This document shows positions 52,340 to 64,000 of a stretch of DNA of 64,000 nt, in pieces. The notes under the pieces were generated by a model. It did no database searches, had not been told where the DNA came from, and saw only the letters and a list, made by a program, of their open reading frames with translations. Within the stretch, counting starts at the first letter, position 1; each line of letters begins with the position of its first letter. Source of the DNA: Nymphaea colorata (Eukaryota). Location: assembly GCF_008831285.2 (NCBI RefSeq), contig NC_045138.2:37758001-37822000 (forward strand). The letters are read 5' to 3'. Position numbers and translations under genes: made by a program.

Positions 52340-55061
52340 AGCATCCCTCTCATTCAGATGACAATGGTTTATTATTTTGAACTGGAACTAGTTCGGCCAA
52401 TTAGAAAAGGAGAAAAAGAAAGTTTCGATTCCCAAATAGCTCTCCTGTCATAAATACGAGACACCCTTTTCTATACAGAACTGGTCTAGCTCCAAAACAG
52501 AAACCTGGTTGGCGTCACCATGAGATTTACATGCTTGGGCATTCTCATGTTGCTTCTGCTTCTGTTTGGCGCCTGAAAATGACTTTACCATCTTCCTCCA
52601 CCCAGCTGGAAGAAATAGTGCACTTTACTAGCTATTCATGTCAGACAACTCATAAATGTCCCCAGCTGCCTACAAATCAGTCCTGATGTACCAGAAAATT
52701 TCTTATGCTGCAAAGGGGACTGCATGGGCAGATGTGCAGTCACGGCTTGATTTTCTTGATATGATGGCTGTTTGCAAGCTGAAGGCCTGTTATAAGAATA
52801 GGGTGTTTAACTGCGTGTATTATCAAACAAGGAACGATAAGAACAGCTTTTACATGTTCCAGGCGTTCCATCGTGCCCAGGATGGAACAAAAAGCTGGCA
52901 TCTGTTCGGCTGGTGCTGTTGCCAGACTCATACATCCCCTTATAACGTTGGGGCGGGACCAATAAGGGATTGGATTTCTTAAATTTCCATGTTTACCTTT
53001 CAAAAAGGCAAAAAGAAATTCCAGCTTGATTACCCAGATGAGAATGGCGCCATTAAGACATATACTACCTGTGTGCTTAGGAATTTCGTCTTCACCAATG
53101 TTAAGACGGAAAACCTTGCATAAAATACAAATTTCGATGCTCATTAATGCCGCTGATCTTTCATAAAGTTTCGTTCAAGCTTTTACTCTTGTCATACTTC
53201 TGAGGTGGAAAAGTTTTCCTATTATTCGTAGGTCAAAGATGCAAAGGGTGTGAAACATTGGAAGCCAGTGAAGGTGAACGTTAAGGATCATATAAGGATC
53301 CCAACTTTTCCCCCTGGATTGTCACCTGAAGAATATGAGAAACACCTGCAAGGCTACCTCTCAGAGATAGCCATTGAAGAAATGTCGCAGAACAAGCCCC
53401 TGTGGGAGGTCCATATCTTCAAGTACTGCACTCCTAGTGCAGTGAACACCCTTGTGTTCAAGCTTCACCATGCAATTGGGGATGGCTTCTCCCTGATGAC
53501 AGCATTATTTTCCTGTCTGCGAAGAGCCGACGACCCGTCCCTGCCACTTACATTTCCATCTTGTAATGGTTCCTCTAAGCAACACCGTTCTAAAATTGAA
53601 AACGGAACCGTATGGAGACATCTCTCACCGCTTTGGTTCACCTTTCAAGACTTTGGCTGGAGCCTGCTGAAAAGCAGTTTGCTTGAAGATCCTAAGTCTC
53701 CTATAAGATCAGGAGAACTTGGGGTTGAGTTCAAGCCTGTGTTCATCTCCTCTGTTTCTCTTTCACTAGAGGAGATTCGAGAAGTCAGAGAAGAATTGAA
53801 GGCAGTAAGTTTCTTTGATCTATTTTGGATGTAAATTTCCTGTTCATTTGCTTACAAGAGTCCAACTTCTCCTCAAAAAAACACTAAGTGTGATGCCTCG
53901 TTTTTATAAACTAAAGTGCTCCAAAGTAATGAAAATCTAAATAAACCTTTTTTTTTAGATTTCAACAGTATTTTGGCACTAAAGACTACGACAAACCAAG
54001 CTATTTTTCTGTCTTCCGGAACTTATCAGACAAAAGGTCACGAAAACGACCAAAGATTAGAAGATATTAATACTATATCTCCTCTTTTGACAATTCTAGG
54101 CACCAATATAGAACCAAACCATCCATCAGGGTTAATTGCTAAAAGCAAAACATGGTTCACATTTACTGTACTGTCTTCATTATCCGCTGATTTCTTGCCT
54201 TTTTCTTTTCACGGCAGACCGTGAATGATGTAATCACAGGGACTGTCTTCTATGGCATTCAGTTGTACATGCACCGCATGAGTCCGGGCTCAGAAAACTT
54301 ACGTGCCACTGCATTGGTGTTGCTAAACACAAGAAGTGTCTCTAAGCATCTGTCTTTAGAGGATATAAGGAAGGATGGAGCTGAAGCGTCCTGGGGAAAC
54401 CAGTTCGGATTCATACATGTTCCTCTCCCTGCAAGCAAATGCATCAAGAAGGCGAACCCAATCGATTATGTGCATGAAGCACAAGAACTGATCAGAAAAA
54501 AGAGGAGCTCACTGGGTGTATATCTAACTGGGAGATTCTTAGACATGCTAAGGAGGTTAAGGGGCCCTGAGGTGAGCCTAACACTTATGACCAACCATGT
54601 CAAATGGGTAGTCACCATTTGACAATGTTCGAAGCATGGCTGGAGCATGACAGAGATAGGGATTTACAATTGTTACGTTCTGATTTGGTTCAACCGGCCA
54701 ATCGGATTTGAGTTCACTTGGTTCATTTCCTTTGACAAAAGCTGGATCTCCAGCTCTAGATTTGGACTCATATCAAGTTCTTCATCTGAATTTGAATCAG
54801 AACATGACTGAATGTCCAAATTTGCATGAAATTGGAACTTATATGACACTTTGGCTTGTTACAGGCAGCAGCAGAGCACATTCATTCGACACTAGGAAAC
54901 ACCAGCATGACCATTTCAAACATAATTGGCCCATTGGAGAAGATATCATTGGGGGGCAGCCCCGTCAAAAGCTTCTATTTCATGGTGACACATATTCCGC
55001 AGGTGGGTATGCTCGTTAGGCACGCACATGTGCATGCAAGAGTGCGTGTGTGTGTGTGAGT

Positions 55062-55111
<50 letters not shown>

Positions 55112-55317
55112 CACAATACCCTGTTTAGATTCGTCTGCCATGGTTGATAGAGAGTTGCTAATGTCTGCAGAGCCTCACCATATCAATGCTGAGTTACATG
55201 GGGAAGCTGAGATTGGCTGTAGGAGGAGAGCAAGGTTTCTTAGATTCTGATGCGATGACAGGATGCTTCGAAGAAGCATTTGCCAAGATACTTGATGCTG
55301 TAAGAGGGAAACGTTAA
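51607..55317 (+). CDS. WSD1: Wax ester synthase / diacylglycerol O-acyltransferase, WSD1-like
   Basis: 5 exons: 51607-51816, 53232-53804, 54218-54571, 54865-55002, 55171-55317 (473 aa). Catalytic HHAIGDG (HHxxxDG), plus PVSPNGQFF, KPLWEVH, TVNDV, WGNQFG, ISNIIGP, SYMG motifs; TATA-like CTATATAT near 51543. Family-level call; exact orthologue uncertain. Confidence 0.93.
55066..55107. repeat. (GA)n microsatellite in WSD intron 4
   Basis: Directly visible in sequence. Confidence 0.9.
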
Positions 55318-57505
55318 ACAACACCCTCAATCCAGGGAGATGCCTGAGAGGGAAAATGAATTGTCCCATAAAACAGAAGCTTTTCTGGGAACGTTCAAGT
55401 TTCTTTTTATCTCCCCAATACTCCATTGCCTTCATTTCTACAATTCCTGCCATCTCACTCCCTCTCTCTTGCTACTGAGAGCTTATCTCAATGTTTTAAG
55501 GTTCTACTTTACCCATGCATCTATTCATGGGTCGACCCAAATTGTTGAATGGATATGAATAGACCTTTGTATTGTCAGAAACTGGCGTGCATACAATGGA
55601 TTCTGCAATATTTTAGAGTCAGCAGTTATAACAATCTAAAGATTTGGGACGTTTGATAGCCTCGAGTTTGAGATCCTCAGGATTCGACAACCATGAATTT
55701 AAGATCAGACCCTCCCTCTTTGGTTCAAATCAAGAGTAATCGAACACCCCCAGTGATTTTGAAATTAAAAAAGCGTTTTTATGTTGTAAAAACAAAATCT
55801 AAACCCAATTGTTGCCAAATCTACAATGTAAATCACATATATACAGAACAGTTAAATTTGCTTACGAAGACATTAACCGTGGTCGTTGAAGAGTTACTTA
55901 TGCATAAGCCTTTGCGAAGTGCTTTCTCCCTCACATATGAAAACATAAATGTTGACATAGAAGGCATGAAAATTAAGGAAATAGCAGGATGTATGTCCAA
56001 GCCGGATAACGAACGAGACAGGAACCATTTACCAACCTACTTGTGTCTATTCCCTTGGATACAAGTTGAATATCAAGGACTCGATACCAATCTTATCTAA
56101 AGAGACTGTGTCAAATCTATATGGTCCAATTTGATTAGAATGACAGAAATTAGATCTGAGCTATGAAGCTGGTGCAATATTAAAGGCGAACGTTTAGAGG
56201 GGCATATGACAACCCAGATTTTGAGGATGGATACGACATGTAAGGGTCGAATAGGCTAGAGATCCAAATTTTGGACTTGAAATCCGAAGATGAGAGAGGA
56301 CCAACTAGAGTCAAATGGTCGGTCGCTTAAAAGAGAATGGGACATCAAATCTCAATTCTGCTCCCATGATCCATAGTGGGAACGGTTCGGGTTTGACCAC
56401 GGCTTACCCGATCCTCCCATGCGGCAGCTCGCCCACCCATGTTGCCCCTTTGGACCCACATCCACTCGTGACCCGAACCGTTTGCATCGTCTAGCTAGCT
56501 CCTATGAACTAGAAACAGGGTTGCCCTCTTCCGTCACCAGCGGGAGACAAAAAAGGGAGATACTGCGTTCACCGTGGATCAGGACGAGATCGTACGGCTG
56601 ACAGTGATTCCCCTCCTTAGAGCTTCTAAGGGACCCTCTCAGAAAGCCTCTCAAAGGAATTCCCTCCACTTGTTTAGTCCGTGTGATGCTTCTTGGCGGA
56701 TGGTTCGCAATCACGTTGTTCTTGTATATGTGTGGTGTCTCTGGCTTTTTCGGAGATGGGTGCTTCTGCATTTGTGGTTTTGGTTTATTTTTCTCTGTTT
56801 CTCTTCTCTAGAGAAAGGATGATCTCGATTCTTAAATTTGGTCTTTTTTTGTGATTTTGTTTAGATTTGGTAGTCCTGGGTGCTGTATCTTTGCCGTTTT
56901 CTGAAACAGTAGTTCTTTTTCGCGTCTGGTGTTGCTCTCTTTCCCTACCTCTGTTTCCTATTGAATGTTTTTCTTCGGCAATGTTTTCATGGGCTTTTTA
57001 GTAGCCTGATTTGGGTCCCTTTCTGTTTCGAAGATGATGATGAACATGAAGTCATTGAGTTATGATCGTCTCGATATGATTATAACTTCCATCGCTACGT
57101 CCTTTCTGAATCGTTATCGTATTTTCTTTCTTTTCCGGATTCCGTGTATTGGGTTTGTTTTTTAATCGAGAGGGATGTAAGGAAAACATAATCAAACACT
57201 TGAACTGAAGCGAATGCTTTGTGATGGATCATTGTTGTTTCTGAATCTTAGGGCTGTTCTTGTTTTTAAATGTTTTTCACTTTTAGGATGCTTTGTTTCT
57301 ATTTTTGGTATTCTTGGGTTCTTTTCATCAAATGATGAGATCAGAAAAATCTTAGGACACCTTCCTACACAGTTGGATTCAACTGTGGATGAGAAAGACT
57401 TTTCATTTCTGATGATGAAAGAATATGTATATTAACTTCGGTTTTTATTTCTTAGGTCGACTTGTTTTGACCACTCTTTTTTGAAAACTTTTAGTAAGTA
57501 AAAAA

Positions 57506-59199
57506 GCTTTGTTTGGATGGAGGGAAAGGGTGAGATGAAACGGAAAAGAAAAAAAAAAAGGAAACGATAAAGGGAAATGAATGTAATGAAAAGGAAAGTA
57601 AATGAAATAGGTGATTATAAAATTTGTTTGGATAAAAAGGAAAAAAATGTTAAAATTAAGTTTGTTTGGACTATAAAGAAAAAGAAATGATAAAATTTAT
57701 AATATTTTACAATAATACCTTTAACATTCAAAATGTTTAAAAACTTAAAAGAGGTTTTCCTTTTAGTGGAGCTCAGTCCTGTGTTGGAGAGTCCCTGTTT
57801 CATACCTTTGAGAAAGTGTCAACGGGTGTGGTGGTTTGACCCAAACTTGACTCATATTGAGCTCGAATTCATCGATATTTGGTCAAAAGGGGTTTGGTTT
57901 GAACGAAACTCATGACCTCTATTTACTACAATTTTTGTAAAAAAAACCAATTAATGTAGATGCAGCAACAACTGTTCAATCTCGAGGTCACAAACACATC
58001 ATTGAATATGATAAGAACCTGTTAAGGAAATATTATCAACATACCCTGGCTGTTCTTCACTATTTTCAATCTCATGTCTCCATTGATACCATTATCACAA
58101 GGCTGAATATTTTCATTTGTCCGATCATTTTGATTCGTTCACAAAATGACCAATTATACATTCTCCATTTTTTTTTCAACAGTCCTGTTTTCCACTAAAC
58201 TCTTCTTTCATGTCCTACTCACACTAACTTCTGAGGTGTCATCCTCCAAACTTAATGTTTAGCAAGAGTTTTCTCCTTAAAGAAAAACACTACTAACTTT
58301 TAATGGCATGGATTTTTCGATCAGACTTAATAAGCAAGGTCAACTAAGAAAAAGCACACGATTATAAGTAAAAAAAATAGATATCATGTATTCATTATGA
58401 TTGATAATACCATCATAACCGGAAATGCTACAATGTCAAGAATTGACTGCAGAAATCAAGCACAAACCTGAAACTGCTGCAGTCACGAATACAAAGGCAT
58501 CATGTTGCCATGAACAATGGACCTTCAAGTCAAAAATATTCCTGGGACTGCATCAAAATCTCAATGCAATTTAAGTGGCTGATGCATGGATCGGCCTGCA
58601 GAACCTGACAAGAGAAGCCCAAATCCTCTTTCTTCTGAAATGGCCTCAAACTCCAAGTAGTTTCATCCACAGGGGGAAGATGATGAAATGAAACTCTCAC
58701 CAACGTTCCCTTGGTCTACTATCTGGGAGAACAGGGATAACAACTTTTTCTTTTGGCTTGGGGGAAACCTTTACACAGTTTGACGGCTTCACTTGTTCAA
58801 AACCTGTACTACTGTTGTCATCAAAATCAGGAGAAAAGTCATCTTCTTCGTTATCCCAGCCATCATCTTCCTCTTCAGAATGTGGATCTTCATCACTGTC
58901 ATCGAGGCCGTCCAAGTCCTCGCCCAGTTCATCACCCATGAGGTTTTCAATTTCAGACCAGTCGTCATCCCCTTCACTTTAATCTACTCCTAACGGGTCG
59001 GAGTTTTCGCTCCCAACATCTGTTTCTGGTTTCCCCACAAGTCTTATTGGGGACCTAGGTAGATACTGCAAAAAAGATGCCCGAAGCTTTTAGCTTTTCT
59101 TTGATGATCAACGACCGATCTTTTTGATAGAAAAGACTAGTGGGTGAAAGGGGCATTGTGGGTAAAAAAGGAGGAGACGTTTTATTTCCTTCAGATTTA

Positions 59200-59236
<37 letters not shown>

Positions 59237-59332
59237 ACAGCTAAACAAACTTTTAAATTTTCTTTTCATTTCATTCTTTTCAATTAAAGGATTATTGTTC
59301 AATCCTTCTCTTTCGTTCCAACCAAACAAAGC
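57506..59332. mobile_element. Non-autonomous PIF/Harbinger-like TIR element carrying a host gene fragment
   Basis: Left GCTTTGTTTGGATGGAGGGAAAG versus reverse complement of right end GCTTTGTTTGGTTGGAACGAAAG; subterminal similarity (AAGTTTGTTTGG near 57657 / CTAAACAAACTT near 59241); TSD not clean. Confidence 0.55.
58697..59125 (-). pseudogene. WTF1: Decayed 3' fragment of a WTF1-like (PORR-domain chloroplast splicing factor) gene
   Basis: Reads KDRSLIIKEKL / RASFLQYLPRSP..DPLGVD*SEGDDDWSEIE..acidic tract..SPDFDD..EKVVIPVLPDSRPRERW*, resembling the recalled WTF1 C-terminus (..KEK.RALV.VPRF..PPNFDD..EKVLTPVFPDGTPREKW). 7-bp duplication AGCTTTT (59085-59098) shifts the frame; in-frame stop at 58979-58981; no 5' part. 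Confidence 0.65.
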
Positions 59333-59671
59333 GAATAGATTTTTTATGGTTTTATTGCTGTAACTCTCTCCCATCAGATGTACTGCTCTTGAAAAACTAA
59401 TTGAAAACCCAAGTCGGCCAACTAATTACCAACTAAGTCGGTCAATTTTTTATCCTTCCTATAGAGACAAATGATCGGATCTTGGGAAATGTGCTGAAAG
59501 TTGGACCAAAATCACATCCAGTAAAGCAAAAAATATGACAGAACACTTTTACTAACTACGAACGTAAGAAAGAAATCCCATTTATACCACTTTTTTTTTT
59601 TTTTTAAAAGACTTGGTAAAATGAGATTCATTTTGCTTTGCAAAAATAGCAGGGAATTGCACTCTTTTCAC

Positions 59672-60992
59672 TGTGGACAGACTTTTTTGTGAAAATTTCA
59701 AGCTCGGGCCTTTACAAATTTTAGTTTATTTCTGAAATGATCTTGTCGTCTTCTTCCCGTGTGCAGAATCTCAAGCTTACTTTGATTCGTTCATGATTCT
59801 TAGGCATTCAGAAGCCCTAACCAATCTTTATCCGTTGAGGTGAAAGAAATGTTCATAAACTGTAAAATTATTTCTTTTATGTGGGTTAATGCTTTTGCAA
59901 GGCCAAAAACAAGTCATCAAACTTCTAAGCAAGGATTAGTTCCATTAATCCAATAGATTTTTATTCTCTAGGGATCTCACATCCTTGGATAATGATGTTC
60001 TTTGATGCAACTCAAAAAAAAGTGTATATGTGATAATATGTAATATGTACGCGTATATATGCATCTTTCTCTATCTTTTTTTTAAGAGTTTTTTTTTCCT
60101 CTTTATTTAAATTAAGACTTCATTTTCAAAAGCTTATACATCTATACATACATACAAAGATATATCTCTCATCTTTTAAAATCTTTTATTTAGTGATCTT
60201 CAAAAGCTCTTTCTCTTTCTTTATATTTCTCTTGTGATTAAGTTTTTATCTTTTTCATTCTTTTGAACATATTTTTCTTTCAAGATTTTTTATTTACCGA
60301 CTTCATCAAAACCAAAACTCAAGTACCCCATGCCATTTTCAAAAACTTTTCTTTCTTAATAAAAATATTTATGACAATTGTAAAAACAAACCTTAGATGT
60401 ATGTTATGGTAGGAATGCTTTTATATTAATGTTATTGTATGAATGCATTATTCTCTTTTAATCATATATGATTAATACATTCATTCATTTACATTCACTT
60501 AACATCACTTATGATCACATGCACTTTTCTAAAAAACTTAACCAAGATGAGATGGAAATCTGACTAGGTAGTAACCGAATTATTGCAAAATGTCAACCGA
60601 CTTAAAGTCGTAAGAGAACACTAAAGTGATTTCAAAAGATGATCTTCAAAGTTATCAAAATGATATTTATAATGATTTCTCGATTCAAAATTTCTCAAAT
60701 CAAAATGTTTTTACACTCTCAAAAGATTTTTCAAAACTTTCTAAAAATCTTGAAACATAAAATCTTCAACATTTTCTCAAACACTACATCACATATAAAA
60801 TGAAAAAGATGTTTAAGTCAAAATGAAATACATCAATAATAAACATAGCACTTGTATTGATTACTCCTGATAAAAACACTAGGAACGGTCGATCTTTGTA
60901 TTGACGGGTGAGTCCATTTTTCTCTCATTTTCAAAACAAAATCTCATTTTTTTTAGCACTCTAAAAAAAAAAAGAATTGAGGATGCGTCCAA
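59672..60992. mobile_element. Probable solo LTR (Ty3/Gypsy-like), degenerate
   Basis: About 1.3 kb, AT-rich, no ORF, bounded by TGTGGAC and GCGTCCAA (imperfect TG..CA inverted termini); ends exactly where duplicate copy 2 begins; no TSD seen. Confidence 0.35.
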
Positions 60993-63855
60993 TGGTTTAT
61001 TTTGTCTGTGGGGCTGGATGGAAGAGACAGGTTGGTTCTGAATCTAAGTCCAAAGTTCACGCAATTGGTTGGAGTTATACTTACCTGCTTCACTTAATCT
61101 TGCCATCAATCCCCATGTAGTATATTCTAAGAATCTACATCTTTTCGTTTTCTTAGTGTCCATATGATTTGAACTGTGTTTGACAGCTAAATCCATACAG
61201 AAGCATGTGTTTGTGTCAGTAGTTGAGTGGGCAAAATGAAAGCCAAGCTGCAGATCATTGCGCCCAAGATAATGAGGAATCTGAATACATATCAGCTCTG
61301 CTAGTAAATACACTTTCAAAATAGTCTCAACGCAGACTTGACATAACTGGTTAGATTGATGAGCAGGTATAAAGTTTGTCATCAATTCAATTCACATAAG
61401 TGTTAAGAGTTTTGGGCAGTAATACTTTTACTCTGACCAAATTTTGGTGTGTACATAGATTTGATCACATGTTAACTTATGTATAAGCTAATGGAAATGT
61501 GTTAGCCGGTGGGGCATGCCAGCATATGCATGCTTGTGGTTGTGCATGGAAGAAAGAAAGTTAGTCATCATGTGGGCACTAGTGAAGCCAGTTTTGTTTT
61601 AGTGGGGGCACTCATTCAATACCTTTAATTTGTTTAGCTCACTTGCATGTATAACAATCAAATATAACAAAAAATTGACATATATACTAAACTAATTTTG
61701 TGAGTCTGGTGTGGCCAGCCACCATGTGGCTCCGCCATTGCATGTGGATGACACTCTTAATGTACACCACCAAGAGAGTGACCCACTCACCCGCGCTGAT
61801 GCATTTTCATGTTTTGTAGGTATTTTAATCGAACATTTCATAATATTTTGTTCCTGAAACATATGTTTTACCACATATTTCACAACTACCACTTTATTGT
61901 TTAAAAAGTACAATGCACTTATGTTTGAATAAATGAAAAGGTATCACATGAGACCAAGGTGAACCTGGTTATATGCACAGCTCCGGTGCATGCTGCGTAC
62001 TCATAAATGTGAGCTAGAGATACACTTGGCTTTACTTAAAGGCTATGCACCATGCACACCAAACACAACATGTGGGTAACCATCTTTTGGAGCAGATGAG
62101 AGTGACAGTCCAACAAGAGCCATAGGTCACCCCAGTTTTTCAAAAATCAAAATGTTTTTTTTAATTAAATTTGGCCCTATAAAGATTTTGAAAATTATAT
62201 AATGCCCATCTTTCAAGATAAACCTTCGCTCTGCCACTGACTATATCATTATAAGCACTGAGTTCGGTACCCATCGAGTATTGGGTACCGGCCCGTAACA
62301 CATTGTGTTGAGTTTATACTCACTTGGACTCAGTGTTAGGGGCCACCCCGTCTCTATTGCCACTTCACTTTCTTCTTTCCGTTTCTCCTCTCGCCTCTCT
62401 CTCATCCCTCCTTTCTCTTTTGTCTCTCTCTCCTGCTCTTATTTTGCACTGGTATAAATTGTCGGCAGCATCAATGACAACCATCATCCCTCTCTTTCTT
62501 TCTCTTTTCAACCCTTGCACGGGAGGTTTCTCCATTTTCATCCATTAAATGGGAAGTGGAATGTACTATAATAGCATTAGTGTAGTTACATATGTGTTCA
62601 TATAAGCCACTGCTCACACCAACCGATCAAAAAATTTCGACAAAAATTTAGATTGGGATGAACCAAAAATTGTATATGGTACTGCTCACATCAGAACTAA
62701 ATGTATCATACATGTGCTCCTCGACCAAAAAATCCTATTTCCTCCACTGCATAATAGTATGACTTTTTGAAACAACTTGGTACATTTTTTTTTTCAACAT
62801 GTATAGTATGAATATATGTTTGGGGAGCACAAATATCAACCGCGGACCCTAAGAACAAGTTGTTCTTTTTTTGGCATGCCAGGAATGCGAAGAATAAATA
62901 CAACCCCAAGAAGAGTTGTATTGGCTTCACAATCGTACGCAAGCGTTCAGGGAGAAGCGTTCTTGCCTATTAAGCAAAGAACTTGATCATGTCCACATCA
63001 AGCTTCATTTCAAGCCCAATTCTGGCAATATTTCCTTATTAACTGGATCCACATTTTCAGGCAAATCTTCGCACAATTGGTAATTTGGTCACTTAATTCC
63101 GAGTCCGGCGGGTAGGAGAACATGGATATATGCAATCGGTCAGCGACCGATACAGCAGAAAATGGATTCAGAAGATACTCTTTATCCACTGACTGATCAT
63201 ATGGGTTCATCTGGACGTGATGTTGGAATGGAAGAAAAAAACTCCTTTAAGAACCCAGTCAAATCAAATATACCAGATCATTCTACCATGTTAAAGATAT
63301 ATATATGTGTGTGTGTGTATGTGTTTTTGTGTGTTCTGAACTTCTTTTCACGTCTAATTATGGTATAGTATATTTACTATGAATGGAAATAATAATGTAC
63401 ATGCAGGTGAAGTATAAGTATGAAAATTTTGGGCCTTCGTTTTTTTTCATTTTCTAAATTTAGGATTACCTCTCACATCTGATCAAGGTTTTCGAGCACA
63501 ACACGAAGATGAATTCAGGCAATAAAATTGGCAAGACTGAGACTCAGTTCCAAATCTTCAACTTGACATCCTTCACATTTTCCTCTTGCTCACCAACATG
63601 AATAAAAAATTTGGACCTTTTAATTTTCAGATTCCTGTAAAATACATTGTCTCTTGGTAACCAGCAAGAGAAGTGTTCTTCCATGTGCATAATATGCTTA
63701 GGTTCACTTTTGCTAAAAATATATGCCATAAAAATCGTTATAGACACACTAACAACATTTTTTTTTTTTTAATTGAAACTTTAGATCACGTCCCGTCGTC
63801 CACTAGTCAATTTTTGTTCCACCACAAATTAGACTATTAGAAAGGGGAGACATGG
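60993..63855 (+). repeat. Segmental duplication copy 2; paralogous to 49055-51009, with extra blocks
   Basis: Colinear with copy 1 but with additional segments at about 61435-61794 and 63210-63690. Confidence 0.9.
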
Positions 63856-63857
63856 TA

Positions 63858-64000
63858 CGCCGGCCACCGAAGTAAGTTTCAAATGCTATGGGCCTTTAAA
63901 TATATACATATAAGGTCCTAAGTGGCGGACTCTCCCTCTGGAGTTTGTCGTCGATATTATGAGTAGAAAAAGAGAGAACAGTTTTCAAGGATAACATTTT
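63858..64000 (+). repeat. Duplicate of 48217-48365 (runs off window end)
   Basis: CGCCGGCCACCGAAG.AAGTTTCAAATGCTATGGGCCTTTAAAT...AAAAAGAGAGAACAGTTTTCAAGG.TAACATTTT in both places. Confidence 0.9.

Noticed and set aside
62706..63210. Minus-strand ORFs in the duplicated block (also 49254-49442, 50415-50627, 61044-61385)
   Set aside because: Frames and stops differ between copies and I recognise no family; similarity is explained by DNA duplication. A very old pseudogene cannot be excluded without blastx.
1..64000. Conserved miRNA precursors or a biosynthetic gene cluster
   Set aside because: By eye I found no full match to conserved mature miRNAs and no long hairpin; the six genes are functionally unrelated.

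Overview
Eukaryotic (flowering-plant) nuclear DNA: AT-rich, intron-rich, many GA/CT and AT microsatellites. I assembled six protein genes by hand across splice junctions: EMB2737-like DnaJ-type zinc-finger protein (minus, last exon not found in window), an OsMADS32/CFO1-clade MIKC MADS-box gene (plus), bifunctional methylthioribulose-1-P dehydratase/enolase-phosphatase DEP1 (plus), an intronless VQ-motif protein (minus), dynamin-related DRP5A (minus) and a WSD1-like wax ester synthase/DGAT (plus). A MADS32-clade gene suggests a non-eudicot angiosperm (inference). The right third is rearranged. It holds a PIF/Harbinger-like TIR element that appears to have captured a decayed WTF1 (PORR-domain) 3' fragment, a probable solo LTR, and a diverged, reshuffled duplicate of the WSD upstream region. 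Best leads: (1) MADS32 sits between EMB2737 and DEP1, which I recall being adjacent in Arabidopsis, so it may mark the site of the eudicot loss of this clade; (2) gene capture by a PIF-like element; (3) an MSA cluster plus a 5'UTR G-quadruplex at DRP5A. I found no clearly new multi-gene system. All homology calls come from recalled protein sequences, not searches.
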